Assembly (NCBI RefSeq): GCF_002105155.1
Contig: NW_019028982.1
Coordinates: 1 to 64,000, forward strand
Source: Lobosporangium transversale
Lineage: Eukaryota
Direction of reading: 5' to 3'
DNA length: 64,000 nt
The notes below the pieces were generated by a model, which ran no database searches, was not told the DNA's origin, and saw nothing but the letters and a program-made list of their open reading frames with translations. This document shows, one piece after another, positions 25,978 to 38,266 of this stretch; the stretch's first letter is position 1; each line of letters starts with the position of its first letter. A program made the position numbers and the translations under genes.

Positions 25978-26734
25978 ATGTCTGCTAAAGCCGTTCGTGA
26001 ATACGATGGAAAGCTCCTTTTGGCCCACTGGCTCCTCCGTGCACCCATCCCGGCGATCGAAGTCACTGGAACTGATGCTACAGGAGCATCCAAAACCAAG
26101 TTTATCCAACCCTCGACGCGTTTGGCCCATATTTCCATCGATACTGCTCTCTTACAGAAGGATAATGCCCAGTTTGAACAACATGTTCGTTCTGTATTGG
26201 ATCAACTAGAGGTCTCACATCCTTGGCTGTTGACCCACAAATTGGTAGCCAAGCCTGATCAATTGATCAAGCGTCGTGGCAAGAGTGGATTGTTGTTGTT
26301 GAATGCTGATTGGCCTGAGGCTCGCGCCTGGATCGAAAAGCATGCTGGCAAAGAAGTCCTTGTAAGTAAAAAGAAGACAAGAAAAAAAATGTAATCTGAA
26401 GAATGCAAGTCTCAAAAAAAAAAAAAAATTGACCAATGAGAGGAAAGTATCGGGATTTTGCGTGGGCGAAGTTGAACACTTTGGTTGAGACGGAAGAAAA
26501 AGAACCATCTGGACTTTTCTATGTTCGTTTGATTATTTGGCTTATTTGTCAAAGAGCAACTATTTATGCATTCTTTAAATGTTCTTTTGGAGATCTCTCA
26601 AGGAAGACGCAATAAAATGTACATGTACATCTGGCGTAGTAAATTAAAGCCAAAAAAAAAAAAAAAAAAAAAAAAAAAATAAGGGTGCAAGCAAGGGTGA
26701 TTACGGGACTTGAAAATGAAATGCTGAGCTGCGG

Positions 26735-26768
<34 letters not shown>

Positions 26769-29700
26769 TACATGAAAGACTGATCCATTTGTTTTTTTTC
26801 CTCGTACAATGTTTTTGTCTGGTCATAGGTTGATTCAGTAGCCGGAGTGCTCAAGACATTCTTGATTGAACCATTCATCCCTCATCCCTCCAACACCGAG
26901 TACTATATCTGCATTAATTCGGATCGTGAAGGAGACAATATTCTCTTTACCCACGAGGGTGGAATCGAAGTCGGAGACGTGGATGCCAAAGCTTTAAAGC
27001 TTCAAGTCAAAGTCCAAGATACATTCCCAACGGCTGAGGCTATCCGCTCTACATTACTGGCCCATGTCCCTGAAGTCAAGCATGATGTTCTCGTAGACTT
27101 TATCACCCGCCTTTATGCCGTCTACATTGATCTTCATTTCACATACCTCGAAATCAACCCCCTTGTGGTCTTGGATCCTACAGAAGAAGAGCCTGCCCGT
27201 GTTTACTATCTTGACCTTGCTGCCAAGTTAGATCAGACTGCAGAGTTTGAGGCTGGCCCCAAATGGGCTATTGCTAGAGCACCTCAAAATATTGGTATTG
27301 CTGGTGTTGCACCATCTACAACAATCGGCGCAGATGCTGGTCCAGGTATGGAATTCCCAGCTCCTTTTGGTCGTGAGTTGACTAAAGAAGAGGCATATGT
27401 TCAGGAGCTGGATTCCAAGACTGGCGCTTCTCTCAAACTGACAATCTTAAACAAGGATGGACGTATCTGGACTATGGTTGCTGGTGGTGGTGCCTCTGTC
27501 GTCTACAGGTATATAAAATATACATATAAAAGCAGTACCAAATACGTAATGCTCTACATCCATAGATATCGTCAAGCAAACTAAGCACTCTTCTCCTTTC
27601 TCATGTACACCATTTTTAGTGATGCAATTGCTGCTCTTGGCCAGGCACATGAGTTAGCTAACTATGGAGAGTACTCAGGCGCGCCTACTGAAACTCAGAC
27701 CTACGAGTATGCCAAAACAATCTTGGACCTTATGACTCGCTCCCCCACACCCCATCCTGAGGGTAAAGTGTTGATCATCGGAGGAGGCATTGCCAATTTC
27801 ACAAATGTAGCCTCAACTTTCAAGGGCATTGTCCGCGCTTTAACAGAGTTCAAACAATCATTGATCGCTCACAAGGTCCGAATCTTTGTCCGCCGTGGTG
27901 GACCCAACTATCAGGAAGGTCTGCGTTCCATGCGTCAGTTGGGTGAATCTTTGGGCGTAGAGATTCAGGTCTTTGGACCTGAGACTCACATCACCGAGGT
28001 CGTGCCCTTGGCTTTGACGGGCAAGTCCTCTGACAACTTGGCTACAGCTAATGGCGCCCATATCAACGGCAACGGCGCTTCCTCGGGCAATCTCTTGCAG
28101 GATCAACTCTTGGGATCCAACAGCAGCATCAGTACCCCTGCTCCCACTAACCCTCCATCTCGTGCACCTACACCACCACCCACTACTCAAGACAGAATGA
28201 CTTTTTTCTCAGATGCGGAAGCAAAGACCAAAGCGGCGGGAGGCCATGATAACAATGTTCCCTTCACAGCTCATACTCGTTCGTTTATCTATGGCATGCA
28301 ACCTCGTGCAGTCCAAGGAATGCTCGACTTTGATTTCATCTGCAAACGTGAAGTTCCCTCAGTGGCGGCGATGATTTACCCCTTTGGAGGTGCTCATGTT
28401 CAAAAATTCTATTGGGGTACAAAAGAGACTCTCCTACCTGTGTTCACGACTCTGGAGGAGGCCACTACCAAGTTCCCTGAAGTGGACACAGTCGTCAATT
28501 TTGCCTCATGCCGTTCAGTGTACCAGTCCACGTTGGATATTCTCAAGTACTCGAATCAGATAAAAACAATCGCAATCATTGCTGAGGGAGTTCCAGAGCG
28601 TCGAGCTCGTCAGATCCTTTGGGAGGCCAAGGGAAAAAATGTGCTGGTGATTGGGCCTGCGACCGTGGGTGGTATCAAGCCTGGATGTTTCAAGATTGGA
28701 AACACAGGAGGCATGATGGATAATATTGTATCATCTAAATTGTACCGTGCAGGATCTGTGGCCTATGTATCGAAATCTGGAGGCATGTCCAATGAGTTGA
28801 ACAACATTATCTCACGCACGACAGATGGTGTCTATGAAGGAGTGGCCATTGGAGGTGATCGGTACCCGGGCTCGACTTTTATTGATCATTTGTTGCGCTA
28901 TGAACAAGACCCTAACTGCAAAATGCTTGTACTCTTGGGAGAGGTTGGAGGAGTGGAAGAGTATAGAGTCTGTGAAGCCATCAAGAATGGACAAATTCGT
29001 AAGCCTGTAATCGCTTGGTGTATCGGCACATGTGCAAAGATGTTTGCAACTGAAGTCCAATTCGGTCATGCTGGAGCATTGGCCCAATCAGATCTTGAGA
29101 CTGCAGATGCGAAGAATAAGGCTCTCCGAGCAGCTGGCGTAGTCGTGCCAGAGACATTTGAGAAGCTGCCGTTGGTCCTCAGCCAGACGTTCCAGAACTT
29201 GGTCAAGCAAGGCACAATTCAACTGAAGCCCGAGCCTGAGACACCCAAGATCCCGATCGACTATTCTTGGGCTCAAGAGCTAGGTCTGGTCCGAAAGCCA
29301 GCATCCTTTGTTTCGACTATCTGCGATGATCGTGGTCAGGAGCTGTTGTACGCCGGCATGCGTATCTCTGATGTCTTCAAGGATGATATCGGTATCGGAG
29401 GTGTCCTGTCATTGCTGTGGTTCAAGCGTCGGTTACCAGATTATGCATGCAAGTTTATCGAGATGGTATTGATGCTGACAGCAGACCATGGACCTGCGGT
29501 TTCTGGAGCCCACAACACCATCGTCACAGCTCGTGCTGGTAAAGATTTAGTATCTTCACTCTGTGCAGGTCTCTTGACGATTGGAGATCGATTCGGAGGA
29601 GCATTGGATGGAGCTGCAGAGCAGTTCTCGTCTGCCTATGACAAGTCTTTAACACCACGAGAATTTGTGAGCTTGATGCGTAAACAAAACAAACTTATCC

Positions 29701-30134
29701 TGGGTATTGGCCACAAGATCAAGTCAAAGACCAACCCCGATTTGCGAGTGGAAATTATAAAGTCATATGCAAAGACACATTTCCCCGCCACACCAATCTT
29801 GGACTATGCACTGCAGGTCGAGAACATTACAACGTCCAAGAAGGATAACCTGATCTTGAATGTGGATGGAGCAATTGGAATCTTGTTTGTAGATCTGTTG
29901 AGACATTCTGGAGCATTCACGAGAGAGGAGGCTGAGGAGTATATCAAGATTGGAACATTGAACGGTTTGTTTGTGTTGGGACGATCCATTGGATTCATTG
30001 GACATTATCTGGATCAGAAGCGATTGAAGCAAGGATTGTATAGACACCCTTGGGATGATATTTCTTACCTGACACCTGGCAATGAATTGGGACGAACAGT
30101 TGCATCTTTGGATTCGATCAACAAGAAAGCATAA
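25978..30134 (+). CDS. ACL1: ATP-citrate lyase, single-polypeptide form (3 exons)
   Basis: [12 protein letters not shown] start, [22 protein letters not shown], catalytic [24 protein letters not shown]. Exons 25978-26361, 26829-27508, 27620-30134. Confidence 0.97.
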
Positions 30135-30423
30135 AATGAGACAAGGCAGAAAAAGAACAGTCGATGCTACGCGGATCTTTTGTAAAATATAGTGAGAATA
30201 ATAAAAAAAAAAAAGGAAGTTTTCATGGCATATTCAACTGACAAATTTCCCTTGTAAACACGTCGATGATGTACAACCCTGTACTTTTGGACATTTCCGA
30301 CCCGACAAACAGTGGAATACAATTTTGATATTTTTATCCAAAAAATTCATAAGCAATCGAAGTGGATTAGATTACTAGATGAGCTAGACATTTTAATCGG
30401 ACAAAATAATAATATTTATTCGG

Positions 30424-31066
30424 TTATATGTCCATCGGAGTAGATGAGACTGTAGTGTCCATTTCTGACGGATATTCCTTTTTGACTTCATTCTCTATCG
30501 CTATATCTGGTTGAATTGACGCTGCTATAGTTGCTGTTGCTGCTGACGAGGTAGATACAGCAGCAGGCGAAGAAGCAGGATTAATAGCAAGAGTAGGAGC
30601 TGGAGTTGAAGTAGGGATGGTATTAGGCACTACGTCGCTGCTAGGCACTGAAAGCACCGACACTTGTTTCGCGGCGCCTCCACCCACTCTTCTTCCTGAA
30701 GATTTGGCCTTAATGAACGCCTCAACGGGCTCCTTCAAGGATGGTTCCATAGCTAGGACCTCCTTCAATTGAGGTTTCGGTAAACTGGCCAGGACACTAC
30801 TACTACTGGGCTGAGTCATCTTCGCACAACGAACAAATCCCTTCCACAACACCTTTCTTGACCATACTTTTTTAGGGATGAGTTTGGCCAAGATCATGCT
30901 GTTAACAAACCCTACTAAGTTTTTATACAGTGTGATTGCCTGTATCACAGTCCTCATAAAGAGTGAAGGTATTGTGGGCTGCTCCAGAAGCTGCTGTAAG
31001 ACTACAGCAATGATCTCGGACTTATAAATTTCTGGATGGTTAAAACAAATATCCATAGCTAAAAGG

Positions 31067-31101
<35 letters not shown>

Positions 31102-34100
31102 GAATAATAAATAGTTCAGTTCAGGATTCGGATATCGAAAGGGAAACGTATGTAGATGGCATGTATAGAACAAAGATTACTGGCGCTCTTTTTTACCTTC
31201 GCAGGCTGCTTTCCAGCCAACGGTATCTTCAATAGCATGGAGTTCAATCAATAGCTCTGATGGTGACATGATAGGGCCACGAGAAGCAGATGAAGACGAC
31301 TGTAATGATGAGGACGATGTTGTTGTTGCTATAGCCGAAACGTTGCTGGTTCTTCTATCAGACCCAGTTGAGAGAGCACTAGATGTTGTTTGTCCAGGAC
31401 CTCCACTTCTTCCACTTCCTGTCAAGAGTTTGAGGAATACATCTGTCACAGTCCTACGCTCGCGTTCTGTGCCTTTCAAGAGACCAACAATTCGCGGTAG
31501 ACAATTGAAAACAGCCTCTCTATCTAGCCCACCGATAATTGGGATCAAGAAACGAGCATTGAGATCGTGCTTGATCACTGCATCTTGTACAGCACTCACT
31601 AAGCCGGGTGAAGGTTGAACTATGAAAGAGAAAAATAATTAATAACAGATATACCGGAATTGAAGCAAAAAGTTTTTAATTACAAGAGACGAGATGTTAG
31701 CTGAGGGATGTATATAAACAATAATCAAAAAAAGTATACCTCCATCTGTCAGAATAACAATGATTCTTAGCACCAACATTTCTGCACCCATTGGGAAATC
31801 CCGGATGAGCGCGAGAAGCTTGGTCGAGTCTGATTTAATCGACTTTATAAGTGGCTGGATCTTTTGCCGGATCACACGCTGTACAAATGGATCATAAGAG
31901 ATGTAGTTCCTGAAGAGAACTTCAAGGAGGGCGTGGTTCTTCGCACAAAGTGATAAATACAACTCTAATAAGTTTCCAATGTCCTCTTCAGCCTGCAAAA
32001 ATGCCTTATCTATGGCTAGTGTCGAGAGCGATTTGGATGTAGATGATGGTGTTGATCCAGATGGTGGTTCCAATGAGGCTGATTTTGCCCTATTATTACT
32101 ACTATTATTATCATTATTATTGACCACCATCGATTCATCCGCGACTTCAGTTTTGATTCGAGGGCCCGCTTCTGTCATAGGTGTATCGACATCGCCTTTC
32201 TTATTCGAATCCTCATTCGGCACTGGTATGACAGCATCACGCTTGGGTACAGGATAATCTTTAAGCGTTTCCAGCTGAGCTAGTGCGTATTCCTCGACTT
32301 TCACGCCGACAGTGGGGTGTTCCAAGTACCACTTCTTGGCAGTGACGATCGCCATGGACCGCTGTGCCTTTTCAGGGTGGGTTGTGTAGCTAAGGAGGAT
32401 TTCTAATGCTCGAGCCCGACTCGGCGGTCGCAGGTTCACAACATCTCGTAAACAGGCCATACCAAGTTGCGCTCTAGCAGGATCATCACAATATTTTTGA
32501 ATGATATCAACAGCACCATCCGGTAACTCGGGTACTTCTAGTAAGAACCGAGTCAGTCCTCGGTCTCTGAGATCCAGCTGTGTCGATCCAGAAGTGATAC
32601 CATCCAAAATTTTATATAGACACCAAAGATATTGAGGTTCTCGGTCATCCATATCTGCAGCCTCACGCTGACAAATCCCATCATAGTACCACTCCTCATG
32701 TAGCCACGTCAATGCAAGTTCCCTGCGTTGCTTGAAATCCTTACAAATATAATCAACCATTCTCTCCTTAACTCCTTTATCAACAGCACTTGCAGTGCCT
32801 TCACTTGCTCCTGATTCCCTTGTAAATGCTCTAGTCAAAAGCCTAGACACAATAGACATCCAATCCGCCTTGGTCACCACTTTGGCTGGATAACCTGCTG
32901 CATCACCATGTCCAAATGGTACTACTGCACCACTTTCATCTCTCTTGGGTCTTTGGCCAGCCTGATGAGAGGCAGCAGCCTCTAGCATCTTCCTGCCAGA
33001 TACCCCTGGTACCGACACCACATGTTCAGAACCAAGGATGCGCTCAAATGTCTGCTCCAAAAGCTTCCTTGCAGGGACGAGTGAAGCATGTTTACCAGGA
33101 ATCTCAGCGGAAGGCTCAAAAGGCCTCACTTGGAATGTTTCCTGTTTCAGTCGCTGAACCTCGTCTGATTCTTTTTTTGGCTCAGCTTTGACATTCTTTT
33201 CAGACGGCGTATCTTTACGAGGAACATTCGTTGTCGTGTCCGATTTAACTACCATTGGTCGTCTCGGAAGTTGTGTCGGCGTGTGATTAGGAGGCAACAC
33301 TGTGATATTAACCTGGACATTGTCAGGGATCCGTGGAAGCTGAAGCTTGGAAAAATTGGCTTCTTTTTTGATTTCTGGCTTGATCTCTGCTTTTGACTCT
33401 ACTACAGGAGGAGCAGGAGGCTGTGCCCCTGGCGCGCCGGCGAGATGAGGCGGAAGCATATGTGGCTGTGGGAGTGGTAGCATGCCACTAGGAAGAGACG
33501 GCATCATCTCTGGTGGTAGTGGTGGCGGCACGAACCCCGGTGGCGGTGGGCCAACCCCTGGAGGTGGCATAGGAAGAGGCCCTTCTTTCAACCTTAAAAG
33601 ATGTAATGTAGACTTATTGCAAATATACATGTTAGTGTCGTTCGGAGCAGAATACTTTCAATTCTGTATCTCCTATTGAAGTAATTTCAGTTAGCACACA
33701 AGACGGCCTTACCAAAAACGAGTGGAAGAGGTGGGGCACATTATTTGCGGCGAGGGACTCGAAAATAATATCTACGACATGATGTAGCGGAAGCTGAGTA
33801 ATATTGATCTGACCTAGTAATGTCTGCCCGAACCCTGGCGGGATGCCAGGTGGCTGAGCGCTATCTGATGTAGAGCCCGGCAGAGGTGGCGGAGGAGCGC
33901 CCGAAGTTACCGATGGTGGAGTGTTCGCTCCTATATCTTGTTCAGACTTCAATCGCTTCATATCAATGTCATCAGATTCTTGGTTTGATGATCGTGAACG
34001 TTTTCCAGATCTCTTGGAATCATCTCCACTGTCTTTATCTACATGAAGAAGCTGCTGTTGTTGCTGACGACTCAATGTACCGCCATTATATCTGATTCCA

Positions 34101-35603
34101 TACCCCGATAATGCCTCTACCACGATCTGCAACTGAGACGGCTGTAACTGCATTCTATTGAGGTTTAATAGGAGTATAGCGACTTCATAAGCATTGCAGT
34201 AACCAACATGTATGAGCATCTATCGCACCCGCTCTCCAACTTAAGTCCCTTACTTTGTGAGAGCTAGCAGTTGTATCCTAATGGCTTTCTCGGTAAACCT
34301 AGCTTGTAGTGGCGAAAAATGTGATGGAAGTGAAGGTTTTATGAAAGACATCCATGTTCCAAGAACGAGCGGTATAAATTGAGGCCGCGCTCGCTGCAAG
34401 GCACTGGTCTGGTTTATGACAGCGGTGACGACTGTGGAAGAACTACTGCGTATCAAGCAAAACAGCGGCATATCAGCATAGTGACTATCCCTATAGCTCA
34501 TTCTAATGACTCAGCCTTGGGGAAAACGATAAAGAAAAATACTCCCTGTATATCAACGTACACTGTAGGCGACCGAATGATAGAGAGCAAGTGTTGAAGA
34601 AGACCGTCAGACTCATTCGCAAGCATTTCAGCATTCAGGAACGGATGATTCGGAGGGATCTTGTTCAATGCGTATGTCTAAATAATAAATCCAGTATAAG
34701 CGTCCCGCAGATGCATATATTTCGCATGTCAGCAAGCGAATCCATGATGTGTTTTATTTTGTTTCATGAGAGTGGTTGTCATGTTGAATGCTTCATACTT
34801 CAGTGTCTTGCGGTGTTGAGTTTGGTTGACTATAAGACTGTGTCTGAATGATAGTTTGTATGAATTTGCAACGCGAGATCATATAACCATCGCTGGTATC
34901 GCCAGACCGACCTAATATTGAAAGCTTGATCCCAATGCCATACTCATTCCAAAGACTCATATATGCTGCAGAATCTTGGCAGCTACAAGGAACAAGATCT
35001 CAGAATTTTTTTTCCTTCCAACTAGTATACAGCATAATAAGCGTCAGGATTAACTGACCAATCTTACCAGATTAGAAAAACAAATGGATAGATCGTGGAA
35101 CAAACTTGCAAGGCACGCTTCACAATCGGCCCCGATGCACCAACTGCAAGCTCTTTAATTTCCCCAGCTGCCTTCAGCAACGCTATTGAGTTGACCATAG
35201 CAGGGACAATACAGCGCTTATGGAATGTGAGTTAAAAAATGACAAGATATTTGAAGCAAAAACGTCCCTGCTGTGTTTGATACCTGGGCCATCGGGCGCT
35301 ATAGTCGTGTAGAGGTTCATTACCATCGTGAAGTTCCGAGGAATACTTTCCTATATGGTCGCTAATACATATGTCTTGTATATAATCCAGCCACCATAGT
35401 GATACAGCTTCAGCATTTGGCGATCTCTTCGAATCCCGCAATAGCCCTAAAGCGGCGCCAAACTGCTCCAAGGAAGGCTCCTTCTTCCAATCGCGCGTAA
35501 AAGCTTCTAGATGCTTATTAATTTCTTCTGGGGATGAAGCGAGTGACGCTTCATTTAAATGTGCATAAAGCGCGAACTGCAGGTCCTGTGCTGCCATAGC
35601 CAT
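30424..35603 (-). CDS. PTA1: Symplekin/Pta1, 3'-end processing scaffold (about 9 exons)
   Basis: N-terminal helical domain (…IPPNHPFLN…, ARPQFIPLVL), ELALTWLHEEWY, and the symplekin C-terminal LFMRTVIQA…LWKGFVRCA block. GT-AG introns are visible between the ORF pieces; internal boundaries are approximate. Confidence 0.88.
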
Positions 35604-35831
35604 GACCCTCTGGACAATCGATGTGCAGATTGAGCTGTACTTCGATCTGTCAATGGATCCGTGATGTCCCTGATTTCTTTTGTTTTGCGATTCGTCTCGT
35701 CTTTAATATATCTTGATGCTTCCTTTGTATCCTCTTTGCTTCTATGTCTTGAGTTGTCTTCGCAATGAGCATCAATTAGATGTAATAGGTCACCATAAAC
35801 CACATTCGACTGAGTACAGTACAAAATCGTC

Positions 35832-37825
35832 TCAAAATACGTCATTGATGTGACCGTGAAAGATTGCTGATTTGCTACTTGCAGTTTCCTCAGCCTCGAA
35901 TGGTGCCTGACGTTTGGCGCGCGCTGAGCAATTGTCTTTCGTCCATGGATATGCTTCATCCTCACCTATCGGCTGAAAGTAGAGGGGCTGCTGTTGGTGT
36001 ATTAGATGACCGCGGACGACGTTGGCTATGTTATGACTAGCCATCACATCTCTATGCATAAATGTCTTGCACTTGGAACAATAGAGTCGGCGGATGTCAA
36101 CTCGCCCTACAGATGCTTCGCAACTCGAGCACTTCTTAGAAGTATAATATTCATTCATACTGGCAAAAGTGTATTCAAGTGACCTGGCCTAGAGGAAGTG
36201 TAGATATATTACTATCGAGTAAAAAAAAAAACTTACTATTTGAATGAAGATTGGAACGACTCACATAAGGAAGGGAGTCTGGCATTGGAATAAAACTTTC
36301 CCAGATTCACAGCAATCACAACCTTATCGGTATCTTTTCTTTTCGCCTCAACTGAACCACCCGCCATCTTGAGCAAACGATTGGCGACTTGAACATATTC
36401 TTCATCTCGCGCCCTCTTCGCGTTCGACGCCCTTTGATGGCTCTTTTCTTATAGAAGGAATTGAGCTGCATTTCCACTTCTGTAAGCTTGATGATGTGCT
36501 CTTTGATGCTTGCTCCATTGCCACGGAGAGGCAGTAGACTGCTCTCAATATCGCTGATGGGTTTTGTAGAACCATCAATCACCGCTGCTTTCCTCCTTTC
36601 CATCCAGTTTCGATGCTTAAATATGGGTTGATACACCGCCTTTCGCTCGACAGCCAGATTATAGAACTTGCGCTGTATAGCTGTGCCATTGGAGCTCCCA
36701 TGATTTGGTAACAAAGCACTGGCACCAACCACATACGCTTGCCCGAGGTTAAGGCCCAAACCCTTGATGTTTTCTGGTTGGCATCCCAAAAGCGGTGAAC
36801 ATCATTAACATCATTACTGGCCTTGACTGTGTCCCTGATTTCGGTCAAATAATAATCTGTACCACCAACCACAGAGGTGGTTCGAGGAGGTAATTTGTTC
36901 TCAGGCAATCGTCGGGACTTCGCCGCATTCAGCTCGTTCATCTTAAATGCCAGCAATTGAAGAAGGAAGCCATCGGTTCGAATCGATCCTCGCAAGACAT
37001 AGCCATTCTTCGTGTATGTATGTGGCTCAAAGCTATCGCCCTAAATGCCTCGGAAATGGTCTCTCATTTCTGATAGAGACATTGTGTAAGTCTTGGCTTT
37101 GAATTCGTTAAGCCTTCAGCACTGCTCTGCGTTAAAGCCTCCAATGTCGGTAATTAGCTTGCTGATAAGGAACCCAGGCTCTTTTTTAGACAGCCAGCTC
37201 ACGAGGTCACTCTGAGTGAGAGGCAGACTCAGTGTTGGGAAACCCACCTCTGGCATATTTCTGGAGCTCAGCTTTGCGTGCCCGCTTTCCCAGAGGATAA
37301 GGATAAGCCGGACAAGCATATGAAGGAGCCCTCAAATGATGATAGTGGAGCTAGCCTTCGTGAATTCCCCAGAGTTTTCCTCATACGGATGAATTTTCCA
37401 ATCACCGGGATTTTGTAGTCAATGATACTTGGCGTGTCAGCAGCTAAAGCACCTTTATCCTTTAGGGATTGGATCTACGATATCAAAGATATTTATTTCT
37501 TAGATGTATTAATATCTACCAGTGTGAGAAAGAACTGTACCTTTTCGCAATGTGTTTGTGAGCCCTTCACATTGTGGCTCTTCAATTCGGTAGCCAGTTG
37601 CGAAGCAATAGACCATAATACTATTGATCCAGGGTATGTCTGCCTTTCCTTGATTTTATCGCGGCTTGCAATGCTTGGCAAGAAGCCCTTGGTTCTATCT
37701 ATAAATCTTTTAAAATGGAAAAGACCCATTCCTTTGCCACTGGGAGGCTCACGAGTGTAGATGCGCACGACAGGCGCGCCTAAAAAGCTAGTTTGGATGT
37801 TTTTTGGTGCAGCGTTTTCAGCAAC
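35832..37825 (-). mobile_element. Degenerate Fanzor (eukaryotic TnpB-like RuvC nuclease) gene, 5'-truncated, with two introns
   Basis: Motifs in order: GSIRTDGF, RuvC-I-like GLGLNLGQAYVVG (N at the expected D), ARSL…NEYYTSKKC (RuvC-II E), zinc finger CSSC…CSKC, HRDVMASHN (RuvC-III D). Introns at 37540-37475 and 36236-36189. Frameshifts and two in-frame stops. Confidence 0.85.
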
Positions 37826-37829
37826 ATTG

Positions 37830-38266
37830 ACAGCTTCGATCATGAAAAGCAAAGGATTCCTTGCAAGCACATGTACCTTGCGGAGAGGGTCCGCGACGGA
37901 TTCAGTGTCAAATACAATACTGCACCACGTACCCAACAGGAGCAGGTCCAAAACACGATTGATATCAATGATCATCTTGGACAGCCTCGCGAAGGCTTCC
38001 TCTCACCATCTTTGCTACGACAACTAGAGGTAGAGAGAGCTGAAGAGAAGGAAAGAAAAAGAATAGAGCGAGAGGAAGCAGACGCTGAATTGTCTAGACA
38101 GAATAATTACGAGATGATGGGCGTATGGAGGCGATTGGACTCCTTTGCAAGCATAACGCGACTTCCGCATAGGGAAAGGCAAACTGTGACAGCAGATCTA
38201 CAGAATATAGTTCGCAAAAATGGGTGTGCAAGTGTCACAAATTTTTCTGGAAATACAGAAAATTAA
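37830..38266 (+). pseudogene. Fragment with the C-terminal half of a SWIM zinc finger (MULE transposase-like)
   Basis: FDHEKQRIPCKHMYLAERV matches the PCKH half of SWIM fingers, followed by a charged helix. The upstream CxC is absent. Confidence 0.5.
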
